DNA of 64,000 nt. It comes from Spirochaetia bacterium. Its GTDB lineage: Bacteria; Spirochaetota; Spirochaetia; DSM-2461. The number at the start of each line of letters is the position of its first letter. The stretch's first letter is position 1. The stretch is taken from the NCBI GenBank assembly GCA_963668315.1, contig OY764216.1, positions 4,128,001-4,192,000 on the forward strand. Direction: 5' to 3'. Of this stretch, positions 30,691-40,498 are shown piece by piece. The translations under genes and the position numbers were made by a program. Under the pieces are notes generated by a model. The model was not told the DNA's origin. It saw nothing but the letters and a program-made list of their open reading frames with translations, and did no database searches.

Positions 30691-31605
30691 ATGAGTATGA
30701 ATAAGGTCCTCCTGAAAAGGGAAGTGCCCCTGCATATTTTAATGCTGCCGGCCGTTCTGGTGGCCGTGGTCTTTTATTATATTCCCATGGTCGGCAATGT
30801 TATGGCCTTTCAGGACTTTATCCCGTCCAAAGGGATGGGGCAGTTCTTCAAATCGGAATGGATCGGACTGGAGAATTTCCAGTATATCTTCTCCATGCCC
30901 GATTTCAAAAGAGTACTTGCCAATACAATCGTCATCGCCCTATATAAAATCGTTCTGGGCATTTTCGTCCCCCTCCTTATGGCGCTTCTGCTGAACGAGG
31001 TCCGGAACCTTCATTTCAAAAAGTGGGTTCAGACGATTGTCTATATTCCCTATTTTCTCTCCTGGGTTATCCTGGGGGGAATCCTCGTAGACCTCCTCTC
31101 TCCCTCCGGCGGATTTATCAATACGCTGATTACCGCCTTCGGCCGTGAGCCCGTCTATTTCCTGGGAAACAACAAAACGATCCAGGGCGTCATAGTCACG
31201 ACCCATATCTGGCAGAGCGTCGGCCTCAACCTCGTGATTTTTCTCGCGGCCCTCACCGGCATCAACCCGAATCTTTACGAGGCGGCCACCGTTGACGGGG
31301 CGGGAGAGTGGAAAAAGCTGACCCACATAACCCTCCCCAGCCTGAAGCCGATGATCATTCTCGTTTCCGTCCTGGGGCTCGGGCAGATCCTAAACGCGGG
31401 ATTTGACCAGATCATGAACCTCTACAGCCCGATTGTTTATGAGAAGGCCGATATCATCGACACCTTCGTCTACCGGACCGGTATGCTGCAGCTCCAGTAC
31501 AGCGTGGCGACCGCCGCGGGCTTCTTCAAATCTTTCGTCGGTCTGATTTTTATATCGGCGTCCTTTTACCTGGCCAAGAAATTCGCCAATTACCGATTGT
31601 TCTAG
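30691..31605 (+). CDS. ABC transporter permease (LplB-like)
   Basis: WIGLENF, PYFLSWVI, LYEAATVDGA. Confidence 0.93.
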   Translation: MSMNKVLLKREVPLHILMLPAVLVAVVFYYIPMVGNVMAFQDFIPSKGMGQFFKSEWIGLENFQYIFSMPDFKRVLANTIVIALYKIVLGIFVPLLMALLLNEVRNLHFKKWVQTIVYIPYFLSWVILGGILVDLLSPSGGFINTLITAFGREPVYFLGNNKTIQGVIVTTHIWQSVGLNLVIFLAALTGINPNLYEAATVDGAGEWKKLTHITLPSLKPMIILVSVLGLGQILNAGFDQIMNLYSPIVYEKADIIDTFVYRTGMLQLQYSVATAAGFFKSFVGLIFISASFYLAKKFANYRLF

Positions 31606-31615
31606 GAGTTATTAG

Positions 31616-32500
31616 ATGGTAGAAAATCAAACCTTATCAAGGAAAGTTTTTATAACATTCAATTATGTTTTCCTGGGAGCGGCCACGCTGCTCTCCCTCT
31701 TCCCCATCATCCATGTCCTGGCCCTTTCGTTCAGCTCCAATGCGGCGGCCCAGGCGGGCTGGGTCACCGTTTATCCCGTGGATTTCACCTTAGGCTCTTA
31801 TAAGTATATCCTGGGGAAAAGCGAGTTTTTCAAGGCTTTCGCCGTCTCCGTGGAAAGGGTTGTCCTGGGAACGGTGATCAGCCTTTTTCTCACGTCCACC
31901 AGCGCCTACGCCCTCTCCCAGTCGGATGAGAATTTCCGCGCCAGAAAGTACTATGCCTGGTTCTTTATCGTCACCATGGTATTCATTCCCTCCATCATTC
32001 CCCTTTTCATCACCGTCAAGGCGATCGGCTTGTACAATACCATCTGGGCCCTGGTTCTTCCCATGTCGGTTATTGGCTTCAACATCATCCTCATGCTGAA
32101 TTTTTTCCGGGGTATTCCCTACGCCCTGTCCGAATCGGCTTTTATGGACGGGGCGAATCACTTCCAGATTCTCCGGCGCATCTATCTTCCCATATCCAAG
32201 CCTTCCCTGGCCACGGTGGGGCTGTTCATTATGGTGATGAACTGGAACGAATGGTTTCACGGCCTGGTCTTCGTGAGCGATCCTTCCCGCTACCCCCTCC
32301 AGACCTACCTCAGGGGGGTTATCAAGGCCGCCACGGCGACGAATCTTGACTTGAATAGTGCCGAAGTCATGAAAGAGATCTCCATGAAGACCCTGACATC
32401 GGCCCAGATCTTTATCGCCATCGTGCCCATTCTCCTCGTCTATCCTCTCCTTCAGAAATATTTTGTAACCGGCATGACCCTGGGAAGTGTTAAAGAGTAG
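31616..32500 (+). CDS. ABC transporter permease (LplC-like)
   Basis: LSESAFMDGAN; YPLLQKYFVTGMTLGSVKE C-terminus. Confidence 0.93.
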   Translation: MVENQTLSRKVFITFNYVFLGAATLLSLFPIIHVLALSFSSNAAAQAGWVTVYPVDFTLGSYKYILGKSEFFKAFAVSVERVVLGTVISLFLTSTSAYALSQSDENFRARKYYAWFFIVTMVFIPSIIPLFITVKAIGLYNTIWALVLPMSVIGFNIILMLNFFRGIPYALSESAFMDGANHFQILRRIYLPISKPSLATVGLFIMVMNWNEWFHGLVFVSDPSRYPLQTYLRGVIKAATATNLDLNSAEVMKEISMKTLTSAQIFIAIVPILLVYPLLQKYFVTGMTLGSVKE

Positions 32501-32503
32501 ACT

Positions 32504-34123
32504 ATGTACAATCTCCTGATCGTCGACGATGAAAAGATTATCCGCGAAGGCCTTTTCGAACTTCTCTCCATGGAGGAGGAACTGGAACTCAATCTTTTCT
32601 CGGCGGCATCGGCCATCGAAGCCCGGGAGATTCTGGAAGAGAGGAAGATCGATATCGTCCTGACCGATATCAAGATGCCCAAAATGTCGGGGATCGAGCT
32701 TTTCGATGTGATTCAGGAGAGATGGCCCCACTGCAAGGTGATCTTTCTCACGGGTTACTCCGAGTTCGATTATGTATATAAGGTTCACAAGCACGCCCGT
32801 TATATTCTCAAAGCCGAAGAGGACGAGAAAATCATCGCCGCCGTGTCCGAGACGGTCAGAGAGATCGAGAATGATTTCATGCTGGAGCAGATTGTCCGGG
32901 ACAGCGACCTCCTTCTTGATCAGAAAAAGGAACGGGAGAAGGACCGCTTCCTTTACGATCTCTTCTCGGGATTCACAGACACTTCTACGGTCACAGACGA
33001 CCTGATCTCCCGCCTGGGGATAGATCTGACCGTTTCGGAGGGAATCTATTATGCGGTGATGCGCCACGACCCCATTGGCGGGAACTCCTACGATGAGCAG
33101 CTGCAAATTCTGGCGGACCTGCAGCTGCTCATGGAAAAGTATTACTTCGATTTTATGAAGGGCATCGTTTTTCATCATTCGAAAAACTATATCATCATGC
33201 TTCTTCAGCCGACGAAATGGAATACACCGGAGAGGAATCTGCTCACCCTCAAGGGGAGAAGCGAGCTTTTCCAGAAGGCCTGTCTGAAGAATTTCGACAT
33301 GACCCTTTCCATCCTCCTCGGCGGAGGGACGCTCCCCCTGGGAGAATTCACCGGCCGTTTCCACAGGATAAAATCGAAACTGCTCATGGCCGGCGAGGAG
33401 GCCCTCCTTATTCTTAAGGAGACTCCGGAGGATATTTCCGACCGGGATTTCCAGAGGGAGCAGAAGGAGAATCTTATCGAGTCCCGGCTGGAACTTCTCG
33501 ATTATTACTTCGAGAACTCCCATGGGGACCATGTGATGGCTCTTTTGAATGAGGCTTCGGAACTCTTTGAGGACAAATCGGATATGGAAGATCTCTTTGC
33601 CGTGGAAGTCTTCAGCGACATCGCCGTCAAGCTCCTCAAGTATATCAACCGCCTGCACCTTTCCGAAGAGTCCCGGAACCGGGTGGAGATTGCCCGGCTG
33701 TACAGCGTCACGGCCTATGAGAGCTGGCGAGAAGCCTTTCATTATCTAAGGGAAGTCTGCGAATTTGTCTTCGAACTGAGGGAAGCCAGCCGGACGAAAA
33801 GCAATGACGACGTCATCAGGCAGGTGAAGGGCTACATCCATGATAACCTGAGTGGAGACACCTCCCTCGACACCCTGGCCGATCTGGTAAGACTCAGTCC
33901 CGAATATCTCCTGCGCCGGTTCAAAAAGAGCGAGGGGGTTACCATCCTCCAGTTCATAAACGATCTGAAAATTATCAAAGCGAAAAGCCTCATCGCCGAC
34001 AAAAACAGGCAGATCAAGGAGATAGCCTTCGAACTGGGCTTTTCCAGTTCCGGCTATTTCGGGCGGTTTTTCAAAAGCAAAACAGGTTTGAGCCCCCAGG
34101 GCTATCGCGATCAGTTAGCATAA
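32504..34123 (+). CDS. YesN-family response regulator (receiver and AraC HTH)
   Basis: IVDDE...TDIKMPKMSG receiver; C-terminal LSPEYLLRRFKK...IAFELGFSSSGYFGRFFK. Confidence 0.93.
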   Translation: MYNLLIVDDEKIIREGLFELLSMEEELELNLFSAASAIEAREILEERKIDIVLTDIKMPKMSGIELFDVIQERWPHCKVIFLTGYSEFDYVYKVHKHARYILKAEEDEKIIAAVSETVREIENDFMLEQIVRDSDLLLDQKKEREKDRFLYDLFSGFTDTSTVTDDLISRLGIDLTVSEGIYYAVMRHDPIGGNSYDEQLQILADLQLLMEKYYFDFMKGIVFHHSKNYIIMLLQPTKWNTPERNLLTLKGRSELFQKACLKNFDMTLSILLGGGTLPLGEFTGRFHRIKSKLLMAGEEALLILKETPEDISDRDFQREQKENLIESRLELLDYYFENSHGDHVMALLNEASELFEDKSDMEDLFAVEVFSDIAVKLLKYINRLHLSEESRNRVEIARLYSVTAYESWREAFHYLREVCEFVFELREASRTKSNDDVIRQVKGYIHDNLSGDTSLDTLADLVRLSPEYLLRRFKKSEGVTILQFINDLKIIKAKSLIADKNRQIKEIAFELGFSSSGYFGRFFKSKTGLSPQGYRDQLA

Positions 34124-34132
34124 AGGAATAAC

Positions 34133-36433
34133 ATGATGGAACAGAAAGAAAGCATCGGCTGGATAGGTACGTCCGGAGAACCGGGCAGTATCAGGGAACC
34201 GGAACTTGTCTATTTCAGAAAGGTTCTGCCCCTTGAGGAGCAACCGGAGAATTTCTCCATTGAGATAACAGCCGATTCCCGCTATAAATTCTATGTGAAC
34301 GGGTCACTGGTCAACGCGGGACCCCAGAAGGGAGACAGGCAGATCTGGTACCGGGACAGACTCGAGCTGGGAACTTATCTCAGGAAGGGACGAAATATCC
34401 TGATCGCCGTTGTCCTGATGATCCCCGACAGAAACCGGGGGGGCAATTACTCCTTCGCCAGAACCGCTACCCCCGGGTTTTACCTTAGCGGCCTCGAGGG
34501 CTTCCGGGCCGATGAAAGCTGGAAATGGCGGCAAGCTCCGGTGAAGATGCCCGGCGAGGACAGCCATTTCGCGCCCCTCCATATTTTCGAGGAAGCCGAA
34601 GGATCGGATCTCAACGGGCCCGCCTGGGATAAGGAGTATGACGACGGCTCCTGGCAAAGCGCCCATCCCTACACTCCCTTTGATCTTAGCGACCGGCTTC
34701 TACCCGAAAATCTCCAGGAAAGGACGATTCCCTTTATGAGAAGGGAGGACCGCCGATTTTCCCGGATCAAGTGCCTGAGGAAGTCCCGATTCTCCGCCGA
34801 CCGTTGGGACGGCTTGCTCCGGGAAGGCGGGATTCTTGAAATTCCGCCGGAAAGCCGGGAAATCGTAGAGATCTCGGCGGGAGAGGAAAGAACGGGCTTC
34901 CTCAAACTGCTGACCGCCGGGGGGAAAGACTCCCGGATAACCCTGCTCACATCGGAATGCTACGCCTACGAGCCCATAGAGGGTTTGAACGGCCCGGTCA
35001 TACCCCGCAAGGGGGATAGAACCGATTCGGAAAGGGGGCAGCTCTACGGCTTCACCGATACCTACCGCGTCAAGGGTGCCGGAACGACCGATTCGCCCGA
35101 AATTTATGAGCCCTTCTGGTTCAGAACGTTCCGCTATATCCGCCTGACCATAGAAACGGCCGAAGAGCCCCTCACCCTCGCCGATTTTTCCTATCAGAGC
35201 AACGCCTATCCCCTGGAGGTAAAAACCTCGGTGGAAACGTCCGATCCGTCCCTGGCAAAGATATGGGAAATCAGCGAGAGATCCCTGCGCCTCTGCATGC
35301 ACGAAACCTATGAGGACTGCCCCTTTTACGAGCAGCTCCAGTACGCCCAGGACACGAGGAGCCAGATACTCTACACCTACGCCGTTTCCGCCGATGACAG
35401 ACTGGCCCGGCAGGCCATGGACGATTTCAGGCGATCGGCGCGCTTCGATGGTATGGTCAACTGCTCCTTTCCCAACTACGAAAACCATGTCATTCCCGGC
35501 TTCGGTATCTTCTACATCGCCATGGTGTACGACCATATGATGTATTTCGGCGATAAGGAACTGATCCGGGAGCATATGCCCGCCATACTCGGGGTTCTGA
35601 ACTTCTTTAGGAAGCACATCGACGAAAAGGGACTCGTCGGAAAGGTGGGCGGCCCCCTCTTCTCTTCCCGCTTCTGGTCCTTTATCGACTGGACCGACCA
35701 GTGGCGGGACACCCTGGGCGTGCCCCCCGCCACCGGAGAGGGCCCGCTTACCATGGAGAGCTTCTACTATGTCATGGCTCTCCGCCACGGCGCAGCCCTC
35801 TTCGACTACCTCGGGTTTTCCGATCTGTCACGCCGTCTCATGGGGGAATCAGAAGAGATTAAGGCGGCTATCAACCGCCACTGCCGGGGAGAAAACGGCA
35901 TGTACCAGGACGGGCCGTCTATAGAGGCATACAGTCAGCACTGCCAGGTTTTCGCCCTTCTCACCGATTCGATCGACGGGAAAAGGGGGAAAAAAAACCT
36001 GCTGGAAACTTTCTCCCATAAGGAGAAGTACGCCCAGTGTTCCGTGGCTATGATGTATTATCTGTTCCGGGCCCTGGAAAAGTGCGGGGCCTATGAGAAA
36101 ACCGACGGGCTCTGGAATATCTGGCGGGATATGGTGAAAAAGAACCTGACCACCTGCGAAGAAGATTCGGTTCTCAGCCGCAGCGACTGCCACGCCTGGG
36201 GAGCTCTGGTCCTCTATGAACTGCCCTCTGCGGTACTGGGAGTGCGCCCCGCCTCGCCGGGATATGCCGAACTGGAGATCCATCCCATGGCGGGAGCTCT
36301 CTCCTGGGCCAGGGGAACGGTCTGCACCCCCCGGGGGCCGGTTCATGTCTCCTGGAAAAAGGAGAATGGGGAAATCAAATTAGAGGTCTCCCCGCCGGAG
36401 GGAGTTAAGGTGCGCACAAGTCAGGGCTCCTGA
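34133..36433 (+). CDS. Alpha-L-rhamnosidase (GH78), cytoplasmic; paralogue of 10420-12765
   Basis: TADSRYKFYVNG, FRTFRY, CMHETYEDCPFYEQLQY, SFIDW, SDCHAWG. Confidence 0.88.
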   Translation: MMEQKESIGWIGTSGEPGSIREPELVYFRKVLPLEEQPENFSIEITADSRYKFYVNGSLVNAGPQKGDRQIWYRDRLELGTYLRKGRNILIAVVLMIPDRNRGGNYSFARTATPGFYLSGLEGFRADESWKWRQAPVKMPGEDSHFAPLHIFEEAEGSDLNGPAWDKEYDDGSWQSAHPYTPFDLSDRLLPENLQERTIPFMRREDRRFSRIKCLRKSRFSADRWDGLLREGGILEIPPESREIVEISAGEERTGFLKLLTAGGKDSRITLLTSECYAYEPIEGLNGPVIPRKGDRTDSERGQLYGFTDTYRVKGAGTTDSPEIYEPFWFRTFRYIRLTIETAEEPLTLADFSYQSNAYPLEVKTSVETSDPSLAKIWEISERSLRLCMHETYEDCPFYEQLQYAQDTRSQILYTYAVSADDRLARQAMDDFRRSARFDGMVNCSFPNYENHVIPGFGIFYIAMVYDHMMYFGDKELIREHMPAILGVLNFFRKHIDEKGLVGKVGGPLFSSRFWSFIDWTDQWRDTLGVPPATGEGPLTMESFYYVMALRHGAALFDYLGFSDLSRRLMGESEEIKAAINRHCRGENGMYQDGPSIEAYSQHCQVFALLTDSIDGKRGKKNLLETFSHKEKYAQCSVAMMYYLFRALEKCGAYEKTDGLWNIWRDMVKKNLTTCEEDSVLSRSDCHAWGALVLYELPSAVLGVRPASPGYAELEIHPMAGALSWARGTVCTPRGPVHVSWKKENGEIKLEVSPPEGVKVRTSQGS

Positions 36434-36496
36434 TCCGGAATCTGCCCGAGCTGCATAAGTTCAGGGCAAGAAACGGGGTATGCCCCTTCAGGCAGA

Positions 36497-36844
36497 TCAG
36501 TCGTAAAACTTTCCCCTGTGGAAATTCTCATTGCCCAGCTTCTTCGCCGTCATACTGAACAGAACGCAGCCGTCGGGGCAGACGATATCCTTGTGGTATC
36601 TGCTGTCTCCCCCGATATTCTGCAGGTCCCCCCCGCTTCTGACCGCTTCCATAATCGGAAACATCATGACCATGACCTTCGAGCAGATTCCCTGTCCTTC
36701 ACCGTTCACGGGACAGCCGTAGGTACAGGTGTACTTGTCGCCGATTTCCTCTCCGTTGCGGCAATACCTCTCAGTCTTGTCGCTCCGGAGAAAACCGGTC
36801 ACCTCGATTTCCCACTCATACTCTTCGTCATACCATTTTTTCAT
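36497..36844 (-). CDS. TIGR04076-like Cys-rich small protein
   Basis: CRNGEEIGDKY, GICSK and VCPDG motifs; ATG 36844 with GGAGG RBS overlapping the lysR 3' end. Confidence 0.75.
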   Translation of the reverse strand: MKKWYDEEYEWEIEVTGFLRSDKTERYCRNGEEIGDKYTCTYGCPVNGEGQGICSKVMVMMFPIMEAVRSGGDLQNIGGDSRYHKDIVCPDGCVLFSMTAKKLGNENFHRGKFYD

Positions 36845-37724
36845 AATCCGCCTCCATACGTGATTGAATATGGCCCAGAAATTTCTCCGTCGCCGTGGAA
36901 AAGACCTGAAACTTCTTCCATGCCAAATAACAGCTGACCTCAAAGGAGGGCTCCAGGGGACGGAAGCATAGATGGGAATCCTTGTTTTCAAAGATGAGAT
37001 TTTCCAGGGCGAAAGCGTAGCCGAACCCCTCTTCCACCATGACGGCGGCATTATATATCAGATTGTAGGTGGCTACCACGTCAAGGCTGTCATAATGTTT
37101 TCCGAACCACTGTATCATTCTCTTCTGCATGGCATTGCGGCTCGAAAGGATAAGGGGTTTATCGACCAGATCCTCGGCCAGGATGGTCTCTTTTTCCGCC
37201 AGGGGAGAGTCTTTTCTCATAATGATACCGAATCGGTCCACCGAGGGAAGGGGGATAAACTCATACTTCTCAATATCCACCGGTTCAATCAGGAGGATAA
37301 TGTCGATAAGCCCCTTGTCCACCCTCTCCTTCAGGTCATCGGCATTACCGCTGTAAAAGTCAAAGACAACTCCCGGGTTGTTTCTGCCGAACTCTCCTAT
37401 GACGGGAGCCCAGATACGCATAGCGTTTGTCTCCCCGGAACCCAGGTAGATCGTTCCTTCCAGACTTCCCTCCTGGGCCTTGATCTCGTTCTCCGCCTTC
37501 AAGGCCAGGTCCAGGATCTCTTCGGCCCTTCGCCTGAGAAGAACTCCCTTTTCGGTCAGGGAGAATTTCGATCCCCTGCAGAACAGTTTGACTCCCAGCT
37601 CCTCTTCGAGCTGCATGATCTGACGCGACAAAGTCGGTTGAGTTATATGCAGGATATCGGCGGCCCGGGTGATATTCTCCTCCCGGGCAATGGCCAGAAA
37701 ATAACGCAATACACGGAGTTCCAT
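36828..37724 (-). CDS. LysR family transcriptional regulator
   Basis: MELRVLRYFLAIAREENITRAADILHITQPTLSRQI. Confidence 0.95.
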   Translation of the reverse strand: MELRVLRYFLAIAREENITRAADILHITQPTLSRQIMQLEEELGVKLFCRGSKFSLTEKGVLLRRRAEEILDLALKAENEIKAQEGSLEGTIYLGSGETNAMRIWAPVIGEFGRNNPGVVFDFYSGNADDLKERVDKGLIDIILLIEPVDIEKYEFIPLPSVDRFGIIMRKDSPLAEKETILAEDLVDKPLILSSRNAMQKRMIQWFGKHYDSLDVVATYNLIYNAAVMVEEGFGYAFALENLIFENKDSHLCFRPLEPSFEVSCYLAWKKFQVFSTATEKFLGHIQSRMEADYEKMV

Positions 37725-37816
37725 GGCTTTATTATACCTCCGCCGGCGGAAAACATCAGCCGCGGAGGAGTGAAAGAAGGTTAAATCCAGTATAAATATG
37801 ACTCGCCAATAGCGAA

Positions 37817-38761
37817 TCAGGCCGATTTATTCTTATTTATTCTGTCCAGATACATAATGAACATACCGCTGGCCAGGATAAGTCCGGCTCCCCCCAGTGT
37901 GGAAAGAGTGGGAATCTCCCTCCAGAAGAGGAACCCCCACAACGTATTTATGGGCAGGGCCAGATATTCGAATGAGGCAAGGACAGACGCCTTTGCGTAG
38001 CTGTAGGCTTTTGCCATGAAAAAAGTCCACACGGCCCAGACGATTCCGAGTCCCCCCATGATGATCCCGTCGCGCCATGTGGGCAGGGACCAGTGGACAA
38101 ACAGGAAAGCCACGCTGGGATTTGCCTCGGGCAGCTCCCCCACGGCCAGGGTAATGGGAACGATAACGCCGGCGGCAAGCAGATAGACCAGGGAGCTGTA
38201 GAAAGCCATGGTTCCGCTGCTCTCGGTGGTCTGCAGCTTTCTTGTGCTCATAACGATGAAGGCGTAGAAGAGAACGCTGATTAATATGAAAACCGCCCCG
38301 ATATTGAAGCTGCCCGAACCGGGCTTCAAGATGAGGATGACCCCCAGAAATCCGATAATCAGAACGACCCAGCGTCGCAGTTCCACCTTCTCCTTCAGGA
38401 GGAAGATAGAAAAGACGGTAATCATGATGGGACCGGAAAAGCGGATGGACTCGATCTGGGCCAGCGGCAGGGACACAAGCCCCATCATATAGGTGGTATA
38501 GGAGACAAAGAGAAAAAATCCCCTTATGAAGTGAAGTCCCAGGCGTTTCGTCCCGGGAATACCCTTGATTCCCTCTCCCCTGAGAAAAAGCAGGGAAAAG
38601 GGAAGAGCGATGATGTTGCGCATAATCACCATCTGCAGAACGGGATAATTTCCCCCCAGTCCCTTAACGGCGATGCTCTGGGTGGAAATGACAAAAAGGG
38701 CCAGGACGAGAAAGCCTACTCCCCTTGCCGTATCGGCGGATGATTCATTGTTTGATTCCAT
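37817..38761 (-). CDS. DMT/EamA family transporter
   Basis: About 10 TM segments; LLKEKV...IGFLGVILILKPG; ASFEYL. Confidence 0.88.
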   Translation of the reverse strand: MESNNESSADTARGVGFLVLALFVISTQSIAVKGLGGNYPVLQMVIMRNIIALPFSLLFLRGEGIKGIPGTKRLGLHFIRGFFLFVSYTTYMMGLVSLPLAQIESIRFSGPIMITVFSIFLLKEKVELRRWVVLIIGFLGVILILKPGSGSFNIGAVFILISVLFYAFIVMSTRKLQTTESSGTMAFYSSLVYLLAAGVIVPITLAVGELPEANPSVAFLFVHWSLPTWRDGIIMGGLGIVWAVWTFFMAKAYSYAKASVLASFEYLALPINTLWGFLFWREIPTLSTLGGAGLILASGMFIMYLDRINKNKSA

Positions 38762-38763
38762 AA

Positions 38764-40479
38764 TTAATTCTCCCTTATAGGCAGTATGAGCCGTGAAGGA
38801 TGGGCCCCGTCGTGGTGGATCCGGTTCACGGCTGTCATATATTCATCCCGGGTTTCCCCGGATATCGTTCCCCCCGTATTGCTGTTTCTGTCAAATCGGG
38901 GAAAATTGCTGCTGGAAACTTCCAGCCGGACGGAATGGCCCGGCAGGAAAACATTGGCCGTAGCCCAGAGATTCAGGGTCAGCCCGTAGATTTCGCCGGG
39001 TTCCATCATTTCCGGTCTCTCAAAGGAGTTTCTGTAGCGGGCCCTCATGATGCCCTCGGTCAGAATGACGGCTTTTCCATCGGGAAAAACATCCACCAGT
39101 TTGCCGGTGAAATCCGTATCCCTGGCCGATGAGGAGACATACAGCTGCAGCTCCACCGGCCCTATCACTTCCCATTCCTTATCCAGAACCGGCGTGGAGT
39201 AGACAAGCACGTCGTCCCGAATTTCCGCTTCCCGCTGATCCCTGGGACCGGTGGAGTTCCCTCCGGGCAGAATCACCTGTCCGCCCACCGTCGGAACGGG
39301 TCTGAGGGGATTGTAAAGGTAGACATCGGACGGCTCATCCCCGGGCGTATCCGCAGAGAGGGCTCCGTCACCGTGCAAAGTATTGGCAGAGCCGCTGCTG
39401 TGGAGATAATAGGAGCGGAAGCGCGTATCGGGCAGGGGCCAGTCCGATCCGAAAATCCATTCATTCCGGCCCATGAGAAAAATCATGACCGGCGGATCCT
39501 TTTCCGCGCCGTTCTCGATCCCCCTCACCCATCTGTCGTACCAGCGCATATGCATTCCCGCCAGATCGATAGCCGCGGCGCTGCTCCCGGAACCGTACTC
39601 TATCTCGGGAAATACTCCGGAAAAGTTCATATGGGTCCAGGGGCCGATGATGACCCGCTGATTCTCCCGGGCCGTTTTTGAACCGCCCCTCTCTCTCATA
39701 CCCGTAAAATTCCGGAACGTGCTCCAGAGGAAAATATCATACCATCCGCTGATATTGAGGGCGGGAACGGTAATACCTTCGTATCCCTTCTCGGGCGAGG
39801 CTCCGTGCCAGTACTCGCCCCCCGAGGAATGGGACAGCCACTCCCGGTAAAAAGAAGCATGGGACGCGATCATGGGATGGGCGGCCAGAGGCAGTTCGTT
39901 CAGGGCCTCATCCACATCGGGGAGGGGCCCCTTCTCTCCTATCCCGTCCTCCTCCGTTCGGGAACGATTCAGTTCCGCCGGAATAATGCTCGCGACGACC
40001 CAGCGAAGATCATGGAGAACTTTAGCCCCTCCCTGATACATACAGCCTTCATAGCTGTCGGAAAAGGTGATGGAGGGGGCCATGGCTTTCAGGGCAGGAG
40101 GAGTCTCCCCGGCGGGAAGCCACTGGGTTCCCCCGAGGTAGGACCCTCCGAAAGTCCCGATTGTCCCGTCGGACCAGGGCTGCCCGGACGCCCAGGCAAA
40201 GGCGTCGACCCCGTCCTCCTTCTCCTGGAAATGGGGATTGAACTTTCCCTCCGAAGCGTAACGGCCCCTCACATCCTGAATGACCACGGCATAGCCCATT
40301 TCCAGGGCCCGGAACGTGTCGAACCGGTCATCCACCGCGGCATAGTTCTTATTGTAGGGGGTGCGTGCCATGAGCACGGGCGCCGGACCGGAATCGTCTT
40401 TCCGGTAGATATCCGTGGCGAGGCGCACCCCGTCCCTCATGGGGACCATGACGTTCCTCTCTATGATGATCTTATCCAT
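38764..40479 (-). CDS. CocE/NonD family serine hydrolase
   Basis: VPMRDGVRLATDIY, RTPY, DVRGRYASEG, GGSYLG, GPWTH, SSSNFPRFDRN. Confidence 0.92.
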   Translation of the reverse strand: MDKIIIERNVMVPMRDGVRLATDIYRKDDSGPAPVLMARTPYNKNYAAVDDRFDTFRALEMGYAVVIQDVRGRYASEGKFNPHFQEKEDGVDAFAWASGQPWSDGTIGTFGGSYLGGTQWLPAGETPPALKAMAPSITFSDSYEGCMYQGGAKVLHDLRWVVASIIPAELNRSRTEEDGIGEKGPLPDVDEALNELPLAAHPMIASHASFYREWLSHSSGGEYWHGASPEKGYEGITVPALNISGWYDIFLWSTFRNFTGMRERGGSKTARENQRVIIGPWTHMNFSGVFPEIEYGSGSSAAAIDLAGMHMRWYDRWVRGIENGAEKDPPVMIFLMGRNEWIFGSDWPLPDTRFRSYYLHSSGSANTLHGDGALSADTPGDEPSDVYLYNPLRPVPTVGGQVILPGGNSTGPRDQREAEIRDDVLVYSTPVLDKEWEVIGPVELQLYVSSSARDTDFTGKLVDVFPDGKAVILTEGIMRARYRNSFERPEMMEPGEIYGLTLNLWATANVFLPGHSVRLEVSSSNFPRFDRNSNTGGTISGETRDEYMTAVNRIHHDGAHPSRLILPIREN

Positions 40480-40498
40480 AATCTTCTCTCCTTTCTAT

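Noticed and set aside
31790..33742. 650-aa minus-strand ORF, and similar long antisense ORFs such as 131-1054, 6124-7722, 45294-46589 and 54898-56061
   Set aside because: They lie antisense to well-supported genes, have no recognisable motifs, and are expected shadows of GC-biased codon usage.
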